The notes below the pieces were generated by a model. The model worked only from the letters and a program-made list of their open reading frames with translations, was not told the origin of the DNA and searched no databases. The translations under genes and the position numbers were made by a program. Below are positions 1-6,817 of a stretch of DNA of 41,781 nucleotides, piece by piece. This DNA comes from a virus, in IMG/VR virus record IMGVR_UViG_3300045988_102491, positions 1-41,781 of that record; one strand, written 5' to 3'. Every line of letters begins with the position of its first letter. Within the stretch, counting starts at the first letter, position 1.

Positions 1-144
1 CGCGACCTTCTCCCGGTTGGCTTCATACCAGGCCTTCTGCTGAGCCGCGACCTTCTCCCGGTTGGCTTCATACCAGGCCTTCTGCTGAGCCGCGACCTTC
101 TCCCGGTTGGCTTCATACCAGGCCTTCTGCTGAGCCGCGACCTT
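1..144. repeat. 45-bp tandem repeat, 3 identical copies (1..135) plus a 9-nt partial copy
   Basis: Unit is cgcgaccttctcccggttggcttcataccaggccttctgctgagc at 1..45, 46..90 and 91..135. The same unit recurs at 41649..41781. It is coding on the minus strand (AQQKAWYEANREKVA per unit). Confidence 0.95.
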
Positions 145-291
145 GCGCTTCTGATTGTCCATAGAATCAAGAACAGCCATACGGTCAAACTCTCTCGACA
201 TGACCAGATCGTCGTTTGTTAGTTGGAAAGATGCCTCGATCTCCGCATCAGCAGCCGCCATTTCCGCGAGTTCTTCTTCCGTAAATGGCAT
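1..291 (-). CDS. N-terminal part of a 15-aa tandem-repeat protein; ORF runs off the left edge and resumes at 41781
   Basis: ATG at 291..289, one nt after the stop of the upstream gene. My translation is MPFTEEELAEMAAADAEIEASFQLTNDDLVMSREFDRMAVLDSMDNQKRKVA followed by 3 x AQQKAWYEANREKVA, open to base 1 (97 codons). It is absent from the ORF track because there is no in-window stop. Confidence 0.7.
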   Translation of the reverse strand, partial: MPFTEEELAEMAAADAEIEASFQLTNDDLVMSREFDRMAVLDSMDNQKRKVAAQQKAWYEANREKVAAQQKAWYEANREKVAAQQKAWYEANREKVA

Positions 292-292
292 A

Positions 293-502
293 TTAAATCA
301 ATCCTTTCCTTTTCTCATTCCAGTCGGCCAAAATGTCGACATATTCCGGCCAGCGTTCCGGCCGGATGGGGCGCTTGAATGGTGGTGTATGAAATACCAG
401 GACAAGCGCCTCACCGATGCGTGGATAATCTTTGGTGAAGTAGTGCTCCACCAGCTCACCAGCCCGGATGCGCCGCTTGATACGGTTATGGTACGGATAC
501 AA
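293..502 (-). CDS. Hypothetical early protein (69 aa)
   Basis: TTG start directly after the TAG stop of the upstream gene, with GGAGGA 7 nt upstream. It sits within a tightly packed minus-strand operon. No family recognised. Confidence 0.55.
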   Translation of the reverse strand: MYPYHNRIKRRIRAGELVEHYFTKDYPRIGEALVLVFHTPPFKRPIRPERWPEYVDILADWNEKRKGLI

Positions 503-766
503 CTAAATTCCTCCGATCTTCGCCCAGGTCTCCGGCTCCATCTTGGTAAGGGCCGCAATCCGCCGCATGGCGGAGAGAGGGATGATATCCGGATTCTTCC
601 TCCACCTTGACAGAGATGTGGTAGAAGCATTTAACAGGTCCGCTACATCTGACCATCTCAATCCTTTGTCTACCTTGAAGTGGTTAAGCGCCTGATTCAG
701 CGCCTTATTCCCGTCAGCGAGCTTGTACTCACGCCGCTGTTTGTCGTTCAATGCAACGCGGGACAT
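503..766 (-). CDS. Small helix-turn-helix DNA-binding protein
   Basis: 87 aa with an HTH-like segment (WSDVADLLNASTTSLSRWRKN). RBS GGAAGGAGGG precedes the ATG. Confidence 0.6.
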   Translation of the reverse strand: MSRVALNDKQRREYKLADGNKALNQALNHFKVDKGLRWSDVADLLNASTTSLSRWRKNPDIIPLSAMRRIAALTKMEPETWAKIGGI

Positions 767-769
767 TGG

Positions 770-1510
770 TCAGCCCTCCTTCCGGCGGAGCTCGGCGGGC
801 TCGATCCAGTTCTCCACGTAGGCCATGGCGGAGGGATAATCCGCCGGGCGGATATCGCGGTAGCTGGGGACGCCGAACCGGTTTTTGAGGTCCCGGTATA
901 GGGAGGCGAAAAACTTCGGCTTCTGCTCGTCCAGCGCCCAGGCGGGAATAACGGTGGCCGCACGGTCCAGAACCCGGCGGGAGACCGCCTTTTGAAGCTC
1001 CCGCTGCTGGCCGTGGTCAATGGTCATCTGGTTCTCCAGCTTGTCCTCCAGGACGTTCACCCGCTCGTCCAGCTCGAACATAGCCTGACTTTGGAGACGG
1101 AGCATCTCCATGGCGCTCCTAGGCTCTTTATGTACGGTTGGAAGAAATGCCGCGGCCAGAACGTCCTTTGCGCGGAGCTGGTACTGCTCCAGGCGGCCGG
1201 CGAGCTCGGGGTTGTCCGACTCCATGGTGGGCGTGATGCTGATCTTCGCCAGCCAAAGGGGGACAAAGTCCAGTTTGAGGCAAAGAGTCTCCTGGTTTCC
1301 GCCGCGGGTGGGGAGGACGATATTTCGTCCCCCTTTCGCAAGGACCTTATCGGACTGGATTTTGAGCCGCTCAGACTTCATTTGACCGACACTTAGCCCG
1401 AGGCCGTCGCACATCCAGCGGACACCAGCCCAAATCTGCCCCGATTCGTCGCGGGCCGCCATAAGCTCCGCGCCAAGAAAAGGAACGCGCTTGATCTCTA
1501 ATTCATTCAT
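770..1510 (-). CDS. Phage antirepressor-type protein (P22 AR N-terminal-like plus ORF6C-like C-terminus)
   Basis: The track ORF is 770..1645, but the start is placed at internal M46 (MNELEIKRVPFLGAELMAARDESGQIWAGVRWMCDGLGLS...) because GGAGG lies just upstream and the upstream gene ends at 1513. The sequence pattern matches my recollection of antirepressor N-terminal domains. Confidence 0.7.
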   Translation of the reverse strand: MNELEIKRVPFLGAELMAARDESGQIWAGVRWMCDGLGLSVGQMKSERLKIQSDKVLAKGGRNIVLPTRGGNQETLCLKLDFVPLWLAKISITPTMESDNPELAGRLEQYQLRAKDVLAAAFLPTVHKEPRSAMEMLRLQSQAMFELDERVNVLEDKLENQMTIDHGQQRELQKAVSRRVLDRAATVIPAWALDEQKPKFFASLYRDLKNRFGVPSYRDIRPADYPSAMAYVENWIEPAELRRKEG

Positions 1511-1512
1511 TG

Positions 1513-2316
1513 TTATACCTCCTGATTCACCGTGACGCCGTGCTTGACGCACATCTCTTTTACAATGGCGATGTAAATTTCGATCAGCTTGGGATCGTCC
1601 GCGATCACGTCCACCTTGCTGAGCTTGTCCCGCCGGGACTTGCACACGCCCTCGTCTGCCATCCGGCGGCGCTTGTTGGTCAGGCGGGTGTCCAGAGAGA
1701 CGCGGGCACGCTCGTCCACATAGCCGAAAACCTCGGAGTTGACCTCATGATAGGCCCCGCCGCCGCCCCGGGCCTGCGCCACCTTTGCCAGCAGACGGCG
1801 GCAGTCCTCACGCCAGCCGTTGGAGTTGAGAGCCACCACGTCCCGGATGTTGTCCACCTTCTGGTTTACCGCCTCAATGGCCCAGCTCTGCTCCTTCTGC
1901 TGGAGCTCCAGGTTAATGAGGGTTTGGAGGGTAGGGGAGAGTTCGTTCCAACTCGATGAGCTGCTTGTGCGGAAATACGAATTTACAAGCTGGCGCTGCA
2001 CAGACCAGGCCAGATCGTCAGTAAAGGATTTGACAAGCATCAGGTAGCCGGATTCGGTAATGAGGGTGATATCCGCATCCGGGTTAAATCCGTTCGGGAG
2101 GGTCTGTCCGAAAAACGGACGCACCTCAGAGCACTTGACTTTAAAGAAATCCTCGCCCTCGATGAAATGAGAGCGATTGTCATTGAACCGCTTTCGCGCT
2201 GTCCCGACCGGACGGCCGTGGACCAGGTCGATCTCTTTCAATGTAACGACCCGCTTGCCGGAATACTCTTTCAGCCGGAGTTCTGTGTTGTTGATGGTCA
2301 CATTAAGATCATTCAT
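1513..2316 (-). CDS. ORF6N/KilA-N-type antirepressor-like DNA-binding protein
   Basis: N-terminus (LRLKEYSGKRVVTLKEIDLVHGRPVGTARKRFNDNRSHFIEGEDFF) is typical of the ORF6N domain. RBS AAAGGAGG is present. Confidence 0.65.
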   Translation of the reverse strand: MNDLNVTINNTELRLKEYSGKRVVTLKEIDLVHGRPVGTARKRFNDNRSHFIEGEDFFKVKCSEVRPFFGQTLPNGFNPDADITLITESGYLMLVKSFTDDLAWSVQRQLVNSYFRTSSSSSWNELSPTLQTLINLELQQKEQSWAIEAVNQKVDNIRDVVALNSNGWREDCRRLLAKVAQARGGGGAYHEVNSEVFGYVDERARVSLDTRLTNKRRRMADEGVCKSRRDKLSKVDVIADDPKLIEIYIAIVKEMCVKHGVTVNQEV

Positions 2317-2512
2317 GGTTATCCTCCTTTAACAGCTCGTCCACGGTTACGCCGAAGTAATCGGCTACCTTTTTCACAATGTCCAGACGGGGGGAATAGA
2401 CACCCCATCCTCCGATGGTGCCGTTTCCAATACCAAGCGTCCGCTCGAGTGCGCAGATACTGATCTTGTTCTCCCGGCAAAGATGTTTGATGTTGTCCAG
2501 CAGCAAATTCAT
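2309..2512 (-). CDS. Cro-like XRE-family HTH regulator; first gene of the long minus-strand early operon
   Basis: 67 aa with HTH segment ISICALERTLGIGNGTIGGW. RBS GGAGG is present. It is divergent from the AT-rich lysogeny island. Confidence 0.75.
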   Translation of the reverse strand: MNLLLDNIKHLCRENKISICALERTLGIGNGTIGGWGVYSPRLDIVKKVADYFGVTVDELLKEDNHE

Positions 2513-2599
2513 TACCTCCGTTTAAAGTATTGAGTTTTTTTATGTTGTGATTTAGAATGAAACCTAAGAGAATATTGCAGAAAGAAGCGAGGGGATAGT

Positions 2600-3046
2600 A
2601 TGTTAAATTTTTTGATAAGACGATCCATAGATCAGTTATTAGAGCGAGCGTATGAATCGAATTTTTCCATATACAAAGCAGAAATCAAAAATATTTTGGA
2701 TAATGGGACCGGAAAGGTCAGTGAAGACGATCTGCTCTGTGAAATGATGAGAGCCAGAGAAGAATATCTTAACTCTATTTCGGAACAGATTTCGGGGGCT
2801 GTCTTTGCATCAGATCAAAAGGCATCGGCTCGATATCGAATAGCTATGATGTCGCCGGAAGTTGCCGGAGTTCACATTTTCGATGATGATATTAAGTATT
2901 CTGCCGGAATGGAATATTGCTTTTTGCACTATGCATTTATCGGAAAACCCGGGGAAATGAAAAACGCTATTAAACATAATCATATTTTTGCTAGTTACGT
3001 AGATAGAGCAATTAGCGAGCTTGAGGAAGAAGGGTATTCTCTTTAA
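2600..3046 (+). CDS. Hypothetical 148-aa protein in the AT-rich immunity island
   Basis: RBS GAGGGGA is present. GC is much lower than the phage backbone. No family recognised and no TM segment or HTH is obvious. Confidence 0.6.
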   Translation: MLNFLIRRSIDQLLERAYESNFSIYKAEIKNILDNGTGKVSEDDLLCEMMRAREEYLNSISEQISGAVFASDQKASARYRIAMMSPEVAGVHIFDDDIKYSAGMEYCFLHYAFIGKPGEMKNAIKHNHIFASYVDRAISELEEEGYSL

Positions 3047-3052
3047 GTGAAT
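3041..3052. promoter_or_regulatory. Third, distal copy of the operator-like motif
   Basis: CTTTAAGTGAAT sits at the overlapping 3' ends of the convergent genes 2600..3046 and 3043..3249, about 240 bp from the pair at 3284..3315. Confidence 0.4.
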
Positions 3053-3249
3053 TTTCTGCCAAAAAAAATAATGTCCATAGGACAATTGTAGATGTCGCAA
3101 AGTTGTTTGAACTGCTCTGCATTTGGGGCGGTTTTTCCGTTCTCCCAATTAGAAATAGTTCCAACATTAACATTTAAAATATTTGCGACTTCTCGTTGGC
3201 TCATTTTCATGTTAATGCGTGCTGCCTCTAAAGATATTTGATAGCTCAT
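3043..3249 (-). CDS. XRE-family HTH regulator (second Cro-like protein)
   Basis: 68 aa containing MSQREVANILNVNVGTISNWENGKTAP. RBS AGGAGG is present. It is served by a TTGACA-17-TACTAT promoter. Confidence 0.8.
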   Translation of the reverse strand: MSYQISLEAARINMKMSQREVANILNVNVGTISNWENGKTAPNAEQFKQLCDIYNCPMDIIFFGRKFT

Positions 3250-3272
3250 AGTTTAACCTCCTGTTTTTATAC

Positions 3273-3301
3273 ATAGTACCATTACTTTAAGTGAATGTCA
3301 A
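3273..3301 (-). promoter_or_regulatory. SigA-type promoter for the 3249..3043 regulator
   Basis: On the minus strand: TTGACA (3301..3296), a 17-nt spacer, then TACTAT (3278..3273). The spacer contains an operator copy. Confidence 0.65.
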
Positions 3302-3315
3302 CACTTAAAGTGAAT
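3284..3315. promoter_or_regulatory. Two operator-like 13-mers between back-to-back promoters
   Basis: ACTTTAAGTGAAT lies at 3284..3296 and ACTTAAAGTGAAT at 3303..3315. The second contains the 5-1-5 palindrome CACTT-A-AAGTG (3302..3312). Confidence 0.6.
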
Positions 3316-3330
3316 TTTTTCGCATTAGTA

Positions 3331-3359
3331 TTGAAACATTTTCGCTTTTGGCGTATAAT
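3331..3359 (+). promoter_or_regulatory. SigA-type promoter for the CI-like repressor gene
   Basis: TTGAAA (3331..3336), a 17-nt spacer, then TATAAT (3354..3359). AAGGAGG and the ATG at 3381 follow. Confidence 0.7.
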
Positions 3360-3380
3360 TCGCTTTAAGGAGGGGTGTAA

Positions 3381-3797
3381 ATGAATGAATACGATACAAA
3401 AAAGATCTTTTCAAAAAATCTTAGTAGAGTTCTTTCTGAAAATGGAATGACTCAGGCTGAGTTAGCATCTGAAATGGGTGTTGCGGCATCTTCTGTGTCT
3501 GCTTGGTGCAATGGAGATAAAATGCCTAGAATGGATAAAATAGAGTGGATTTCCAAAAAATTTAATATTTCAAAATCAGAATTATTAGAAGAAAACCTTA
3601 TGCAACTGGTTCCTCCAGAGCAGAGCACCAGGGGCATGACCGAAGAGGAGCGGGAAGCGTATTACCGGGGTCTGCATAAAAAACAGCCCCCCGAAATGAT
3701 CGGAGGGCTGACAGAGGAAGATATGGAAATACTAAAGAGGTTTCGGAACGCATCTCCAAAAAAGAAAGAAGCAATCAGGATGCTTTTAGAGGAGTAA
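3381..3797 (+). CDS. CI-like XRE-family repressor
   Basis: 138 aa with N-terminal HTH (MTQAELASEMGVAASSVSAWCNGDKMP) and a C-terminal extension. It is divergent from a Cro-like gene. Confidence 0.8.
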   Translation: MNEYDTKKIFSKNLSRVLSENGMTQAELASEMGVAASSVSAWCNGDKMPRMDKIEWISKKFNISKSELLEENLMQLVPPEQSTRGMTEEEREAYYRGLHKKQPPEMIGGLTEEDMEILKRFRNASPKKKEAIRMLLEE

Positions 3798-3801
3798 GTT
3801 C

Positions 3802-4131
3802 ATGTTTTTTAAAATAAAAACGGCGCTTGATGATTTTAATAAAAACGCATTAGAAAAATATAGCAAGAGTGAACTTTCAATATTGGCGATTTCGTTTTTT
3901 ACTTCTTTTATATGGAACCATTTTGATGCAAATATGGATTACCAATTCCCGTTCAATTGGATATGGTATCTTTTTGGGTTAATCGGAGGAACAATCATTG
4001 TTTTTGCTGTGTTTAATGGCATAAGATGCTTAATAGAAAATGAACGGGAAATAACCGTATTTTATTTGACAAAGGTATTAGCTGGATCGTGTTTTGCGAT
4101 ATGGATTTTTATGATTTTGGTTGGATGGTAA
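3802..4131 (+). CDS. Small multi-pass membrane protein (possible superinfection-exclusion or moron function)
   Basis: 109 aa with three hydrophobic segments (ILAISFFTSFIW, WYLFGLIGGTIIVFAVF, AGSCFAIWIFMILVGW). It is co-transcribed with the repressor. Confidence 0.6.
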   Translation: MFFKIKTALDDFNKNALEKYSKSELSILAISFFTSFIWNHFDANMDYQFPFNWIWYLFGLIGGTIIVFAVFNGIRCLIENEREITVFYLTKVLAGSCFAIWIFMILVGW

Positions 4132-4148
4132 GAGAGTATATATAATTT

Positions 4149-4181
4149 AAAAACCCGTTCCCATAACGGGATCGGGTTTTT
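4149..4181. terminator. Bidirectional intrinsic terminator
   Basis: aaaaacccgttccc-ataac-gggatcgggttttt: a stem with one mismatch, flanked by an A-run and a T-run. Confidence 0.7.
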
Positions 4182-4184
4182 AAA

Positions 4185-4346
4185 TCATAAATCACTATCC
4201 AAAATCTGAATGATAGATGCTCTCTTGATTGGATTATGTATCGCAGAAAGAAGCAATGCTTCTTCATCTGTGATTGTGGCGGTGGCCCGGAGGGCCGCAA
4301 TGACACATTTCTCTTCCTCAGTTAAAGTGATCTGTTCTGCTGTCAT
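4185..4346 (-). CDS. Small acidic hypothetical protein (53 aa)
   Basis: Start placed at internal M12 (MTAEQITLTEEEK...) because GGGAGGAGGG lies 7 nt upstream. Function unknown. Confidence 0.45.
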   Translation of the reverse strand: MTAEQITLTEEEKCVIAALRATATITDEEALLLSAIHNPIKRASIIQILDSDL

Positions 4347-4548
4347 GACAGCGCCCTCCTCCCGCGTGGCGGGGGTCAATTTCCGGTTATTACCAGAGTA
4401 GACCCATTATACCACGCTGTGACAAAATTAACAAATACTTTTTGCGTTATTTTTTGGATTAAAGCACTATGCACAACATAGCGCTCTTTCATTATAGAAC
4501 ATACGTTTGTTACTTGTCAAGATGTTTTTTGGAATGGAGGTGTCTTAG

Positions 4549-5580
4549 TTGAAAGTTCCGGTCGCAAAAAAGCTCCCGTCCGGCTCCTGGCGGTGTCAGG
4601 TCATGGTGGACGGGCGGAGGGTGTCCGTAACAGGTCGGACGGAGAAAGAGGCAATCGCGGAGGCCATGCAGATCAAGGCCGGTATGCAGGAGGCAAAGAA
4701 GAGGGAAAAGCGCGTCACGGTAGACGAGGCCATACAGGAATACATGGACGCGGGGAGCAACGTGCTTTCCCCGGCAACTCTGAGAGGGTATGACATCATG
4801 CGGAGGAATCGCTTCCAAAGCCTGATGAAGCGGGATGTAAGGACGTTGACGCGCCTGGACATCCAGAAGGCGGTGAACTATGAGGCCGGGAAGGTGGCCC
4901 CGAAAACTGTCATAAATGCTTGGGGGCTTTTGAGGCCTGTGCTGAAGGACTACGGAATGGTGTTTGAGGGGATCAAGCTGCCTCAAAAGATCAAGAAAAA
5001 GAAAACCTATCTGTCTATGGACGAGATTACAAGGCTGATCGACGCGGCGGTGGGGGATGACTGCGAAATCCAGATAGTAATGGCCGTCTGGCTTGGCCTG
5101 AGACGGTCGGAAATCATGGGGCTATGCTGGGACTGCGTGGACCTGGAGCGCGGTACAATCGAGATCAGGAGAGCCATGGTGCCTGATAAAGAAAATAAGT
5201 GGGTCATAAAAGAGGGAGCAAAGAACGAGAGCTCTCAAAGAACACTGAAATGCCCGGCCTATATCATGGACAAGCTGAAAGAGATCTATCACGGACAGAC
5301 GGGAAGAGTATTCCAGGGATCGCCGGAGACGCTGCGGAAGCATGTCCACCAGGTGTGCAAGCTGGCCGGGATACAGGATACTACAGTTCACGGCCTGCGG
5401 CATGCAAACGCGGCTGTCATGGTGGCTCTGAACGTGGTAGACAAATACGCTATGGCTCGGAACGGCTGGACATCTGACTATACTTTCAAACAGGTGTATG
5501 CGTATGTGTTCCCGGAGGGAGCGGAGGAAACGGACGATCTGGTAAATTCTTTCTTTGAGAGCCGGATAGCAGGAAAATAA
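4549..5580 (+). CDS. int: Tyrosine site-specific integrase
   Basis: 343 aa with a TTG start and GGAGGTG RBS. Catalytic-type motifs are WLGLRRSEIMGL, HGLRHANA and a C-terminal FKQVYAYV. An N-terminal SAM-like/arm-binding style region is present. Confidence 0.9.
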   Translation: MKVPVAKKLPSGSWRCQVMVDGRRVSVTGRTEKEAIAEAMQIKAGMQEAKKREKRVTVDEAIQEYMDAGSNVLSPATLRGYDIMRRNRFQSLMKRDVRTLTRLDIQKAVNYEAGKVAPKTVINAWGLLRPVLKDYGMVFEGIKLPQKIKKKKTYLSMDEITRLIDAAVGDDCEIQIVMAVWLGLRRSEIMGLCWDCVDLERGTIEIRRAMVPDKENKWVIKEGAKNESSQRTLKCPAYIMDKLKEIYHGQTGRVFQGSPETLRKHVHQVCKLAGIQDTTVHGLRHANAAVMVALNVVDKYAMARNGWTSDYTFKQVYAYVFPEGAEETDDLVNSFFESRIAGK

Positions 5581-5605
5581 AATTGCACACAAAAATGCAC
5601 ATGAA
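5578..5605. repeat. Left copy of (A)TTGCACA / ATGCACA repeats; candidate integrase arm-type sites
   Basis: aaaattgcacacaaaaatgcacatgaa. A related block, aaattgcacacggaattgcacatgaaaaa, lies at 5802..5830. Confidence 0.5.
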
Positions 5606-5655
5606 TTTATGAAAGTGATTGAAACACAATAGGTTAAAAGAGATTTTAGCGACAA

Positions 5656-5678
5656 TTCAAATCCCTCCTTCTGCGCCA
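5656..5678 (+). other. tRNA 3'-end fragment (T-loop, T-stem 3' strand, acceptor 3' strand, discriminator, CCA); candidate attP core
   Basis: ttcaaat-ccctc-cttctgc-g-cca. The preceding bases (gacaa) cannot form the T-stem and no matching 5' acceptor is present, so this is only the 3' portion of a tRNA. Confidence 0.6.
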
Positions 5679-5680
5679 AA

Positions 5681-5718
5681 CCCCGGAACCTTGTATTGCA
5701 AGGCTTCCGGGGTTTTTT
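5681..5718 (+). terminator. Intrinsic terminator immediately after the tRNA fragment
   Basis: A 13-bp interrupted stem (ccccggaaccttg / caagg-c-ttccgggg) followed by tttttt. Confidence 0.75.
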
Positions 5719-5801
5719 CTTACTCTCGCAATGGATACGAGCATCATATATAATGCGTTGCGTTCCAAATATAGGATGAATCAATCAAGATATGAAAAAT
5801 G

Positions 5802-5830
5802 AAATTGCACACGGAATTGCACATGAAAAA
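5802..5830. repeat. Right copy of ATTGCACA repeats; candidate arm-type sites
   Basis: aaattgcacacggaattgcacatgaaaaa holds two ATTGCACA copies 12 bp apart. Confidence 0.5.
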
Positions 5831-5856
5831 TCCCCCGTTTATGACGGGGGATTTTT
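5826..5856 (-). terminator. Intrinsic terminator after the 6753..5857 gene (bidirectional form)
   Basis: aaaaatcccccgt-ttatg-acgggggatttttt. It abuts the TGA stop at 5859..5857. Confidence 0.75.
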
Positions 5857-6753
5857 TCACTCTGCCCTGGTGATTGCTTTTGCCGCGTGAATGGCGTTGT
5901 CGGTCAGCTGCCGTTGCCATGCCCCCTGAGAAGGTGCCCACCGGAAACCGTGACTTTTGAGCGCCTGCTTTGTGTCGGCGTCTGGACAGTCGTCAAGGAC
6001 GATCTGGAGGCGGTTCAACTCGGCATTGATTACAACCTTTCCGCCGCCAAACTTCCAGCCTTCGGGAGCCGGGCTGTCCTGCCGCTTTTCCAGCTCTTCG
6101 ATTCGATCCCGAATGCGGCGGATATTGGCATTGTTGTTGGATAGCTGGTAGGACGGGTATCCGATGCGGCCGCAGAAGTCGGGGGAGCGGAGTTCCTTGA
6201 TATCGGAAGGGGAGTACCCCATCTCTGCAAGTTTGGCGTCCCCCTTTGCCTGGTCCTTCATGCGGATAGCGGAATTGGCTGCTTTCATTCGATTCTGGAG
6301 ACGTTCCAGGCTTTCCAGCTTCGCACGGAGCTTATTCAATGCGTTTGGATCGTCTCCGCTGATGCCTCCGGTGCCAACTGAACGGATTTTGTGGAGGATA
6401 CACTGAATCTCGTTCCATTCCTGCATGTTCCGGTCGGCTGCTGCGTTCTGGCGCTCTTTCTTCCGGACATTGAATCCGCTTCCGCCTGCAATCAGAATAG
6501 AGGGGCACATTGTGCCGATCCGGTTTGAATTGTTGATGTTGTCAGCAAGGCGGCGGGCGTAGGAGTCAAGAAGAGCGTCTATTTTATCATGATACATAGA
6601 ATCGACGCGGCGCTTCTGAGACTCTGCAATATCACAGGCCTTGTCAACCATGCGCTGATACTCTGCGGTTGCGCTGCCCTTCTTGTAGTCGCTCATGGAC
6701 ATCATGTCGTGAGACCGGCGGGCGAGTTCCTCGTTGATGCTGTAATACTTCAT
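5857..6753 (-). CDS. Hypothetical protein with C-terminal GFRW module (DUF3560-like?)
   Basis: Start placed at M26 (MKYYSINEEL) with AAAGGAGAAAG RBS. The C-terminus is LQIVLDDCPDADTKQALKSHGFRWAPSQGAWQRQ. The family name is from memory only. Confidence 0.5.
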   Translation of the reverse strand: MKYYSINEELARRSHDMMSMSDYKKGSATAEYQRMVDKACDIAESQKRRVDSMYHDKIDALLDSYARRLADNINNSNRIGTMCPSILIAGGSGFNVRKKERQNAAADRNMQEWNEIQCILHKIRSVGTGGISGDDPNALNKLRAKLESLERLQNRMKAANSAIRMKDQAKGDAKLAEMGYSPSDIKELRSPDFCGRIGYPSYQLSNNNANIRRIRDRIEELEKRQDSPAPEGWKFGGGKVVINAELNRLQIVLDDCPDADTKQALKSHGFRWAPSQGAWQRQLTDNAIHAAKAITRAE

Positions 6754-6817
6754 AGTTCTTTCTCCTTTTATCGTGGTTTTTGCCCTGCCATCATCAGGGC
6801 TTGGAGTGGTGTTCGGA

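Noticed and set aside
1-144. Could the 45-bp direct repeats at both window ends be a CRISPR array?
   Set aside because: The units are strictly contiguous with no spacers. They sit in an open reading frame giving a sensible 15-aa repeat, and no cas genes or leader are present.
155-630. Plus-strand ORF 155..610 (151 aa) and minus-strand ORF 298..630 (110 aa)
   Set aside because: They overlap the compact minus-strand genes 1..291, 293..502 and 503..766, which have RBSs and stop-start coupling. The competing frames have low-complexity Ser/Arg/Pro-rich translations.
1511-1645. Upstream extensions of several track ORFs: 770..1645, 5857..6828, 7081..7962, 32240..32890, 35413..35988, 37037..37825, 40480..41418, 29201..29833, 19017..19436
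   Set aside because: In each case an internal start has a GGAGG-type RBS at correct spacing and abuts or minimally overlaps the upstream gene. The extension overlaps the neighbouring gene out of frame and has poor protein character.
2541-2575. Possible promoter TTGTGA-17-GAGAAT for the 148-aa gene and a minus-strand early promoter in 2513..2599
   Set aside because: The hexamers are weak (GAGAAT or GAATAT as the -10 box). I could not find a convincing -35/-10 pair for the minus strand. It is left unannotated pending TSS data.
5581-5678. A complete tRNA gene downstream of the integrase
   Set aside because: Only the T-loop, 3' T-stem, 3' acceptor strand and CCA are present. The bases before TTCAAAT (gacaa) cannot pair with CCCTC, and no GCAGAAG 5' acceptor strand occurs upstream. 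It is interpreted as an attP core fragment.
4510-5784. Minus-strand ORFs 4510..4986 (158 aa) and 5122..5784 (220 aa) antisense to the integrase and spanning the att region
   Set aside because: They lie antisense to a clearly recognisable tyrosine recombinase. Their translations are His/Arg/Leu/Pro-rich or low-complexity, and they have no RBS.
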